A DNA stretch of 64,000 nucleotides from a virus. Positions within the stretch are counted from its first letter, which is position 1. Each line of letters starts with the position of its first letter. Shown here in pieces: positions 8,562-16,573 of this stretch. The stretch lies in the IMG/VR virus record IMGVR_UViG_3300046680_000412, positions 1 to 64,000 of that record; one strand, 5' to 3'. The notes below the pieces were generated by a model that saw nothing but the letters and a program-made list of their open reading frames with translations, made no database searches and was not told the origin of the DNA. The position numbers were made by a program, and so were the translations under genes.

Positions 8562-9662
8562 ATGCCAGCATTGACGAGAAACGAAGTGAGCGACGCATCG
8601 AACCCGAAGCTCGATGTGTTCATGGCGGATAGCTCTGGGCCGATCAACGTGTCGGAGTTGTCATTTCAGATCTTCGAAAAGGTGTCGACGCCAAGCGTTC
8701 CGACCTTGGTGTATCCGTCATCGGGTCGACAGGTCGTGAACCTCAACGCGTACCCCACGGGCGATCAGCTCGCGACAGGCCACTACGTCGCAAAGTTCAC
8801 GGTGCCGGCCAACGCACTGATCGGCACGTGGGAGATCCGGTGGTACACGCGCTACTTGCCGGCGAGCCCTGAGCAGTTTTTCAGCGAAGAGTTCGAGGTG
8901 CTGTCGTCGGCGTCGCTCGGGGCCGGAGCAACGTACATCAGCGTCGCTGACGTGCGCGCGGCAGGCGTGAACGTCGACCCACCGGATGACGCCACGATCT
9001 TCGCTTCGATTTTGCTTTGGCAGCAAGTGCTAGAGCGCGCTACGCGCCAGTGGTTTCGGCCTATTCCTACCCAGTTCTATCTCGACGGCACCGACAGCGA
9101 CACGCTGCATTTGCCGATTCCGATCATCTCGGTCGAGACACTGAAGATGAACAACGACACGGTGGCGCTCGATCCTGGTCGCTATCGCGTGTACGCGGGA
9201 TGTCTTTTGCCTGACGATCGCAAAAACCCTCGCATCAAGCTCGTCGACACATTCGGGTACGACCGCGACATCTACACGGCGTCCGACCGTACGCAACGAA
9301 GTCGCTTTCACAAGGGTCGGCAAAATCAGTTTGTCAAAGGCGTGTTCGGCTACGTCGAGTCTGATGGCTCAACGCCTGCGATGATCAAGCGCGCGCTGCT
9401 CAAGTTGGTCATTCGGAACCTATCGCTGCCTCTGGTGGGCGATCCGCCGATGGGGCTCGCACCTCCGGCGATCACAACCGGAATGGTCAAGGAGGAATGG
9501 ACCGACGGGCATCAGATCAAATACCAGCTGAGCGGCGGCGAGATCGTACCGCGCAAGCCGGGCCTGAACGGCCTCGTCAACGATCCGGAGGTCGAGATGA
9601 TCATCCGGCTCTACAAGGCCCCGACTGGCATGGCGACGCCTGCCAATCCGACTTGGATCTAA
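8562..9662 (+). CDS. head-tail connector/adaptor with extra N-terminal Ig-like domain
   Basis: C-terminal half has YISVADVRA...I.A.I......LERATRQWF...PIISVETL...GVFGY...P.MIKRALLKLV (gp6/gp15-like). N-terminal GHY.AKFTVP......GTWEIRW is beta-sandwich-like. Confidence 0.7.
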   Translation: MPALTRNEVSDASNPKLDVFMADSSGPINVSELSFQIFEKVSTPSVPTLVYPSSGRQVVNLNAYPTGDQLATGHYVAKFTVPANALIGTWEIRWYTRYLPASPEQFFSEEFEVLSSASLGAGATYISVADVRAAGVNVDPPDDATIFASILLWQQVLERATRQWFRPIPTQFYLDGTDSDTLHLPIPIISVETLKMNNDTVALDPGRYRVYAGCLLPDDRKNPRIKLVDTFGYDRDIYTASDRTQRSRFHKGRQNQFVKGVFGYVESDGSTPAMIKRALLKLVIRNLSLPLVGDPPMGLAPPAITTGMVKEEWTDGHQIKYQLSGGEIVPRKPGLNGLVNDPEVEMIIRLYKAPTGMATPANPTWI

Positions 9663-9666
9663 GGCT

Positions 9667-10089
9667 ATGGTTCAACCTCGACTATTGCACCCCCTCCCGA
9701 CCGACATTCAATCGGTGAACACCTCGGCCACCATCCAAGACGATGGTTACGCCGAGCCCGTGCAGACCGTGAGGTACGAGACAGCCTTCACGGTGCCCGG
9801 ACAGTGGCGCTGGCTCTCCGATCGTGAGCTGCGCATGCAAGACAACGGCGCGGCCGAGTATTCGACTGGCTACGTTCTACTGCTCACGCGCGATCTGCGA
9901 GCACAGAGTAAGCAAGTGAAGCGCGGCGATCGCATTGCCGGTTACGGCTCTGGCGTCGCGCGTGTGGATCTCGACGTCTATGTGACGAAGCTGCGCTACG
10001 AAGGCCACTACCCAAGTCAGTTGGGGCCGGCCATGCTGAAGGTATTTTTCAGCGACCGTCAGCCGGAGCGGCAGAAGCCCGGGGTCTGA
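9667..10089 (+). CDS. putative head-closure (stopper) protein
   Basis: Size, synteny after the connector, and DDGY.EP / VKRGDRI pattern. Confidence 0.55.
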   Translation: MVQPRLLHPLPTDIQSVNTSATIQDDGYAEPVQTVRYETAFTVPGQWRWLSDRELRMQDNGAAEYSTGYVLLLTRDLRAQSKQVKRGDRIAGYGSGVARVDLDVYVTKLRYEGHYPSQLGPAMLKVFFSDRQPERQKPGV

Positions 10090-10090
10090 G

Positions 10091-10729
10091 GTGCCGAAGA
10101 CCCAATTCAAGATCAAGGGCTTGAAGCGCTGGCGCGCTGCGCTGGACGCCCATGGTTTTGACGAGGTCGCGCGCAAGAACATTCGAAAGGCGACTGCGCT
10201 GAACGGCAAGATCATCGAAGCGGCCGTTCGCAAAGTCATCCAGTCCGGAAAGCTCAAGGCCAATGCGCCGCTGACGATCGCCATCAAAGGATCGAGTAAG
10301 CCATTGGTCGACCACGGCGGGCTCTTCCAAGCCGTTACGTCGCACGTCGTCGACGACTTCACCGTGTTCGTGGGCGTGCTTCGCTCGTCTCCGGCGCATC
10401 GCCTGGTTGAGATGCTGCATGAAGGCGTTGTGATCTCTGTGACGCCCGCGATGCGCGGTATGTTCTTCATGCTGTGGCGCGCCAGCATTGGTGAGATCGA
10501 TCCGAATAGACTGACGGGTCGTGCGGCGGAGCTTTGGGCGCGCATGCCGCGTGACTGGAAGCCGCTTGCGACAGACACCAAGAAGATCGTCATTCCTCCG
10601 CGAAGGTTCATCAAGGCGGGGTTTCGAACCGCGGGAATCATCGCGCTGTGCCGTAAGAACTGGAAAGCGGCGCTCGAAGCATCGTTTCGCGCGCGCAAGA
10701 ACGCAGGCAAAGGCCTGAAGGACGAGTGA
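10091..10729 (+). CDS. neck/virion morphogenesis protein (Mu gpG/HK97 gp10-like)
   Basis: NAPLTIAIKGSSKPLVDHGGLFQAVT and IPPRRFI motifs; basic composition. Confidence 0.75.
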   Translation: MPKTQFKIKGLKRWRAALDAHGFDEVARKNIRKATALNGKIIEAAVRKVIQSGKLKANAPLTIAIKGSSKPLVDHGGLFQAVTSHVVDDFTVFVGVLRSSPAHRLVEMLHEGVVISVTPAMRGMFFMLWRASIGEIDPNRLTGRAAELWARMPRDWKPLATDTKKIVIPPRRFIKAGFRTAGIIALCRKNWKAALEASFRARKNAGKGLKDE

Positions 10730-10733
10730 AGCT

Positions 10734-11981
10734 ATGCCGCGATATCGAAAGTGGCCGAAGTGTTTTTCGTTCGACGAAACGCAGCGACGAAACCTGACGT
10801 TTGCTGGCGTGCGCTTGGACCCGACGCGCAATCGCCTCGAACTCGCTCCGGTGGCGAGTGGTCTATTTCCGACGGAGCTCGACCTCTATGCGAAGACGCG
10901 CGTGACAACGCCGGGCGCATGTCGCAAGTGGGCGAGCTTCATGGTGCTCTCGAAGACGCATCGCGACTTTCGCGGCGCGCAAGTCACCGACGTGCGCTTT
11001 CGCTTGAATGACGGAACGACTGAACGCTACTGGAATCAGGGTGCGCAAGCTTGGATCCCTGCCTCGCCAAACAATTGGAATACCGAGCAAGAGGTCGCCG
11101 ACAACATCGCGAGTTGGCCGGTGCAGTCGCTGGGCGTCGTCGTCAATCTCAGCACGACCAACCCCAAAGTCACGCCCTATGTGACCGAGATCAGGTTGCT
11201 GTTCGAAACGGATCTCGTCGCGCTCGAAGACTATGTGATTCGATCGTTTGTCGCTGATCTGAAAGAACAGCTGCGGCCGATTTCGATTCTAGCGATCGAC
11301 TCGACAGGGCAAACATCCATCGACCTGAATAAGATGCTGCAGGCGCCGTATGACGTCGTCGGCGTCGATGCGCTCTACAATAATACCAGCGACCCCGTGC
11401 ACATGGCGCCGGTCACTGGCTGGACCTACGACGCGACGACAAAGCTACTTTTGATCCCCGCCCAGCCGACCGGGCACCGGCTCGAAGTTCGCTTCGCGTG
11501 GCGTCCGCACGTGGTCCTGATGCAGTCGCAAGATTATACAGAGATCGCGAAAATCCCTGTCGTGATCGTCGACGAGACCGAGGTCATGAATACGCGGCAA
11601 ATCCGCGAAAGACCCTACGTCATGAACAAGGCGACGGGGGACGGCTTCATGTTCACAGACGGCCTGCAGGGCGACATCCAGGTGCCGTTACTGCTCATTG
11701 CGCCCAGTTCGCGCGACTTGCACGTCTTTGGCGAAGAGCTCTCGCGTTACTTCGCGAACACAGATTTGCTTCGCGTGCGCGGCCAAGACGAGTTCTATCC
11801 TATCTGGCCAGACAGCATGTTCGTTGATCGCTCGACGCCGATGCAGAAAGAGACTTTCAGCGCCAGAGTGCAGGCGCGAATCTGCAACGCAGTATTCTAT
11901 CCCGAAGATGCCAGGCCGATCACCGGGGTAAAGCGCTTCAAAGTGACAGGCACAGGCGGCCCGACAATTGAAGTCCCCTAA
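10734..11981 (+). CDS. putative tail terminator/completion protein with N-terminal extension
   Basis: Position between neck and sheath; C-terminal ~170 aa has IPVVIVD...LLLIAPSSRDLHVFGEELSRYF, a terminator-like pattern. Confidence 0.5.
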   Translation: MPRYRKWPKCFSFDETQRRNLTFAGVRLDPTRNRLELAPVASGLFPTELDLYAKTRVTTPGACRKWASFMVLSKTHRDFRGAQVTDVRFRLNDGTTERYWNQGAQAWIPASPNNWNTEQEVADNIASWPVQSLGVVVNLSTTNPKVTPYVTEIRLLFETDLVALEDYVIRSFVADLKEQLRPISILAIDSTGQTSIDLNKMLQAPYDVVGVDALYNNTSDPVHMAPVTGWTYDATTKLLLIPAQPTGHRLEVRFAWRPHVVLMQSQDYTEIAKIPVVIVDETEVMNTRQIRERPYVMNKATGDGFMFTDGLQGDIQVPLLLIAPSSRDLHVFGEELSRYFANTDLLRVRGQDEFYPIWPDSMFVDRSTPMQKETFSARVQARICNAVFYPEDARPITGVKRFKVTGTGGPTIEVP

Positions 11982-11996
11982 AGGAGGATTCACGAA

Positions 11997-14303
11997 ATGG
12001 TAAAGCGATATGGCCCGACCCGTGGCGCTGGCACGGTGATCGAGGAACAAGAGGGCGATAAGACTATCGCGCCCGGCGCGCTCGGATGGGCGGGCTACGC
12101 TGGCATTCTCGAACGCGGTGACATCGGAAAGCTGATGTTGATCGGCTCGAAGACCGAGCTGTTCAAGCGCACGGGCGGCGTGATTCCCGACAGTTTTTTG
12201 CCCGACTGCGCACTGGACTTCTTCAGTAGCGCCAACGGCGCGGGCGGGCTGGCGCTCGTGCGCGTCACCGACGGCAACGAGATTCAGGCAAGCGCAACGC
12301 TCTTCGCGCGCAAAGCGGGCGTGCTCACGCCGATGGGCGTTCTCAAAGCCGCGAACGGTGGCCGCTGGGGAGGAAAGTCACTCCACATCTCCGGCGAGAT
12401 GGATTCGACCGCTGAAGGCGACGATCTCTCGAACACGACGTTGCAGCTCCCGGGCGGGATGGACACGGACTTCGCCACGGATCGCCTCAAGGGGGGCTAC
12501 GTCGAGCTTCGCGATGTGTCGAATGCTCGCTTTCCGATCATCGGGAACTCAGACACGGGGCTCGTCACAGTCGCGAGCGATCAGACGATGTACGATCAGT
12601 ATGTCGCTGCATCGGGTTCGACGACGCGTTTCTTCATCACGCTCGAAAACGCGGGCAAGGCGGTTTCGTTTCGTATCACCGATGGCGAAGACTCGCCCGA
12701 TTCCGAGTTCGCGATCGAAGCCTATGTCGATGGCTCGCTCGCACGGAAATGGCCGAACCTCCACACCGATCCGTTGAACGCTCGCTACTGGGTCAACGTG
12801 ATCAATAACGACGACTCGAACTACTACGTTCGTGCCGAAGACCTCTGGACGGGCGCGCACACCGCTGCAGTTCGACCAGCGAATCACTACGGCCTGATCG
12901 CTTCGGTTACGGCCGGCGTGCTGACAGCCACCATCAAGGACTTTCAGGCCTCAAGTCCAGGCGGCGGCAACCCGACGCTCACGCTGGCGGGCAGTGAAGG
13001 CACGCTGGCCGACACGTACACGATCACGATGACTAACGCGACGCACGGCAATTTCGAGTCGGAGCGTTTCGGGGCGTTTAGCGCGCTAGTCACGCTCGGC
13101 AGCTCCTACGTGACCGAAAACAAGTGGATCCCCGCGTTCACAGTCACGGCCGGTTCTTCACCGCTGGCCGCTGGCGACGTGCTGACGATTCACTACAAGC
13201 CGTTCCTGAAAGATTCTTTGGTCGGTGGTTTTCTGTATCCCGACAAGGTCCACGCGAAGCGCGAGGCCTACCGCATCATCGCAAACAACTACAACACAAT
13301 CACTGTCGCCGCGGGCTCGGATCTCACTCTGAGCGGCGCCGTCAGCGATGAGTTCATGGTGGTCGCGGCGCTCGAAATGACCGGTGGCGCCGACGGCAAC
13401 GCGGATGTCATCGACGCGAGCTACGAGCAGCAGGCATGGGACGTCGACTTGAGCCCGTTCAACGGACTCGCGGACCAAGGCCTTGGACTTGTGAAGTTCG
13501 CCACTCCGGGCATTACGTCCACTGCGGTGCAAAAAGCCGGCATGGCATACGGAGAGGCCAAGAACCATCAGTACCGTTATGAATGCCCGGCGAACGTCAC
13601 GACCGAGCAAGGCGCTATCGGGCTCGTCAACGACACACTGGGCCGCTCAGACTACGCCGTGATGTCGTGGCCGTCCTACGGCTATGTGCCGGATCCGGAT
13701 CCGTCGTTCGCGCGCGAGGGCCGGCTCAAGTTGATTCCGCTCACGGGCATGATTCACGGTCGCGAAGCACGCATCGCTGCGGACTTCGACGGCTACCACA
13801 AGGCAGAAGCAGGCATCGACGCAATTCTGGCGCGCGTGCTCAAGCTGCCGACACTCGACCAGCGGCTCAACGAAGAGCTGCTCAATCCGGCTGGCATCTC
13901 CGTCATCAAGAAGAAGCAGGGCAACTTCGTGATCTGGGGAGATCGCACGCTGCATCGCGATCCGACGTGGCGCTTCAAGCATCAGCGCGAGCAGATGTCG
14001 TATTACGAGCAAGTTCTCGAAACGTCGTTCGACTTCATCATCTTTGCGATCAACGACTCGCAGAGCGACGCGCCCGCCAAGACGGCACTGATCACGTTCT
14101 TTACGCCCGAGTTCGTCAAGCGTGCGTTGCGCGGCAAGACGTTTGCGGACGCAGCGATCATCAAGGTCGACGAAGAGATCAACACCGACCTCACGCGCGC
14201 TCAAGCCGACAAATACGCAGAAGTCAGTTTGAAGCTCGCTGACACGGTCGAGCGCTTCATCATCAAGATCGGCAAGCAGGGCATCTTCGAGTCGGTGGCG
14301 TAA
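11997..14303 (+). CDS. contractile tail sheath protein
   Basis: N-terminal GTVIEE...AGYAG..ERG and FF....GG..LVRV; C-terminal YAVMSWP...IPLTG...KAEAG...LNPAGISVI...VIWGDRTL...ERFIIKI. Confidence 0.92.
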   Translation: MVKRYGPTRGAGTVIEEQEGDKTIAPGALGWAGYAGILERGDIGKLMLIGSKTELFKRTGGVIPDSFLPDCALDFFSSANGAGGLALVRVTDGNEIQASATLFARKAGVLTPMGVLKAANGGRWGGKSLHISGEMDSTAEGDDLSNTTLQLPGGMDTDFATDRLKGGYVELRDVSNARFPIIGNSDTGLVTVASDQTMYDQYVAASGSTTRFFITLENAGKAVSFRITDGEDSPDSEFAIEAYVDGSLARKWPNLHTDPLNARYWVNVINNDDSNYYVRAEDLWTGAHTAAVRPANHYGLIASVTAGVLTATIKDFQASSPGGGNPTLTLAGSEGTLADTYTITMTNATHGNFESERFGAFSALVTLGSSYVTENKWIPAFTVTAGSSPLAAGDVLTIHYKPFLKDSLVGGFLYPDKVHAKREAYRIIANNYNTITVAAGSDLTLSGAVSDEFMVVAALEMTGGADGNADVIDASYEQQAWDVDLSPFNGLADQGLGLVKFATPGITSTAVQKAGMAYGEAKNHQYRYECPANVTTEQGAIGLVNDTLGRSDYAVMSWPSYGYVPDPDPSFAREGRLKLIPLTGMIHGREARIAADFDGYHKAEAGIDAILARVLKLPTLDQRLNEELLNPAGISVIKKKQGNFVIWGDRTLHRDPTWRFKHQREQMSYYEQVLETSFDFIIFAINDSQSDAPAKTALITFFTPEFVKRALRGKTFADAAIIKVDEEINTDLTRAQADKYAEVSLKLADTVERFIIKIGKQGIFESVA

Positions 14304-14373
14304 CGATCGCGGCAGCACGGGCATCCAAGGAACAAAACGGCGCTCGGGCGCCAACGGGAAGGAAACAAGGATC

Positions 14374-14817
14374 ATGTCGAGAGCTACTTTGAAGCGGACA
14401 CTGGGCGAAGCGGGCGCGGGGCTGGACGACTCCAACGGCGCAGACAGATTGTTGGACGTCTTGCAGGCGCTTGCTGCGTCGTCGGGCGAGACGATCGGTT
14501 ATAGCCAAGCGACGCCGTCCACCGGCATCAAGGGCTGCGTGCTGTGCGATTCGCCGAGCTTGCTGGCGAACGTCTACATGAAAGCAGACGTCGCCGGCAC
14601 GGCCGGAACCACGACGGTCGCGGTGCTCGTCAACAACGTGTCGAAAGCCACGTTGTCGATCGACAACGCAGAGGCCGACGGCACCGCCAAGGGCCTCGCC
14701 ATCGGGCTGAAGGTCGAAGCCGGCGACAAGGTCGAGCTGTCGGTCACGGCGGTCGGGACGGCAGCCACAGGCCTATCGGCCACGGTCAGACTCAAGCCGG
14801 TGACGGTCGAGGCGTAG
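14374..14817 (+). CDS. hypothetical beta-rich structural protein between sheath and tube
   Basis: AAGGA RBS; C-terminal TTTVAVLVN...VEAGDKVELSVTAVG...GLSATVRL looks like a jelly-roll/decoration domain. Confidence 0.6.
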   Translation: MSRATLKRTLGEAGAGLDDSNGADRLLDVLQALAASSGETIGYSQATPSTGIKGCVLCDSPSLLANVYMKADVAGTAGTTTVAVLVNNVSKATLSIDNAEADGTAKGLAIGLKVEAGDKVELSVTAVGTAATGLSATVRLKPVTVEA

Positions 14818-14868
14818 TCGGCTCGCAATGCCGATCAACAACGAACCCCAACGAAACGGAGGGCAAAA

Positions 14869-15306
14869 GTGAAGGGCGAGATTTTACCCGACCACATCCC
14901 GGTCAACAAATACACGCTTCAGGTCGTGGGACTTCTGTCCATCACGGCGCTCGAAGTGTCGGGAATCGAAGACGAGCTCGAAACGACCGAGTTGCCCGAT
15001 CGCACCGTTGCAAGCGGTGGCTTTCGGAAGGCGACAGAGTTCACGATCAAGGTTCCGCTGCACCACACTGTCGAGCAAGCGGCGCTCGAAAAGTGGTACC
15101 GCGATTCCCAAGACCCGATCGATCCTGCGTACAAAAAACCCGTCACGCTCACGCACGAAAGCCTTTCGGGGCAGACGGCGCGCACGTTTTCACTCGCGGG
15201 CGTCTTCCCCAAGAAGCGCGCTCTCCCGGACCTCGAAGCCAAGAACGAAGGCGAGATCGCGCTGGTCGAGTGGACTCTTTCCGCAGACGACGTCTTGCCG
15301 CTGTAG
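14869..15306 (+). CDS. tail tube protein (T4 gp19/Afp1-like)
   Basis: GTG after GGAGG; YTLQV.G....EVSGIE.E.E...LEKW...KKPVTL...FSL.GVFPKK...DL.A...EI..VEWTLS. Confidence 0.85.
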   Translation: MKGEILPDHIPVNKYTLQVVGLLSITALEVSGIEDELETTELPDRTVASGGFRKATEFTIKVPLHHTVEQAALEKWYRDSQDPIDPAYKKPVTLTHESLSGQTARTFSLAGVFPKKRALPDLEAKNEGEIALVEWTLSADDVLPL

Positions 15307-15422
15307 GCGAGGCGCCGGGGCCGAAGCCTCAAGAAGCTTCTTCACGTTCGTGCCGTGACGGCCTCGCCCATGTGTTGGTTGACCTATCAAGGCTCGTATT
15401 TTGGGCCGATTGAAGGGACCGT

Positions 15423-16370
15423 GTGATGACAGAGCCTGCAACAACAGAAGAGCGAAAAGAACCACGTCGGGTGTCGAAATTTCTGGCTCAGCTGCCCGTC
15501 GAAGCCGACGGACAACTGATCGAGCGAAGCGACAAGTCCGAAACTCCGCGGCGCATCTCCACCACGATGCGCGAGTGGGGGCAGCGGATGCCGATCGGCA
15601 TCCTAGACTCCGACGGTCGCCTGCATAAAGACATCGCGATCAAGAAGTGGAAGACCAAAGACGATCGCGAGCTCGGGCGGAAGATCGCGCCAGACGCCAC
15701 GATGACTGAGCACGTGCCGCTGGTGGTCGCGAACATGTGCTCACGCATCGGCCCGCACAACATGGACGAGCTCGATGACACGCGCAAGACGGTCGTCTTG
15801 TCGACGATGTACATGGCCGACGTGTTCTACATCTACATCCTCTTGCGCATGCACACGATGGGCTCGCGCTTGAGTCTGAACGTAGACTGCCCGCGCATCG
15901 GCTGCGGGGTCAGCTTCCCGTATACGGGCGATCTCAACTCGATCGACGTCGTCGCGGTCGAAGACATCGACGCGATCATCTGGCGTTACAATCTCGAAGA
16001 TCCCATCGAGCTCCGGCACAAGCCCGTGACTCATCTTCAAATGGCCTATCCGAAGTGGGGCCTGATGGAGCACGCGAAGAACAATCAGAACGAGACAGAG
16101 ATCAAGGCGCTTGCACTTCAAGGCGCGATCGTCGGCTTGAACGACGAGACCGTGCCGGTCGCGCTTTCACTCGTCGAGATCGATGAGCTGTCGAAGCCTG
16201 ACTTCGAAGGGATGCAAGAGGGCATCAACCAGAACTTTCTCGGTCCGAAGATGGGCCTCGAAGGCTCATGCCAGCCGGAAGTGTGCACCAAGTTCAAGCG
16301 CGGCGGGCATGCATTCAATCTTCCGATCGATTGGAAGTACCGAAATTTTTTCGGCGCTTCTTCCCGATAG
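15423..16370 (+). CDS. tail assembly chaperone/baseplate hub assembly protein (T4 gp26-like)
   Basis: DVFYIYILLRMHTMG..L...VDCP..GCG motif; position between tube and tape measure. Confidence 0.7.
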   Translation: MMTEPATTEERKEPRRVSKFLAQLPVEADGQLIERSDKSETPRRISTTMREWGQRMPIGILDSDGRLHKDIAIKKWKTKDDRELGRKIAPDATMTEHVPLVVANMCSRIGPHNMDELDDTRKTVVLSTMYMADVFYIYILLRMHTMGSRLSLNVDCPRIGCGVSFPYTGDLNSIDVVAVEDIDAIIWRYNLEDPIELRHKPVTHLQMAYPKWGLMEHAKNNQNETEIKALALQGAIVGLNDETVPVALSLVEIDELSKPDFEGMQEGINQNFLGPKMGLEGSCQPEVCTKFKRGGHAFNLPIDWKYRNFFGASSR

Positions 16371-16567
16371 CATCGGCCGACGAGATTCGGGAAGAAGCGT
16401 TCGTCCTCTATTACTACTCAGAGGGCGGCGTCAAGTACGGCGACATCGAAGAGATGGAGACTGTGGAACGCGCTTGGAACCTCAAGCGTCTTTCGAGACA
16501 GAAGCAGGCCGAGCTGTCCGAGGCAAAAAAGGCGCAGAAGTCCCATCGCGCACGACGACGGAGATAG
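16343..16567 (+). CDS. -1 frameshift extension of the tail chaperone (G-T type)
   Basis: A-AAT-TTT-TTC slippery run at 16343-16352. The -1 frame reads FFRRFFPIASADEIREEAFVLYYYSEGG...ERAWNLKRL and ends 6 nt before the tape measure start. Confidence 0.8.
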   Translation, partial: KFFRRFFPIASADEIREEAFVLYYYSEGGVKYGDIEEMETVERAWNLKRLSRQKQAELSEAKKAQKSHRARRRR

Positions 16568-16573
16568 GAAAAC

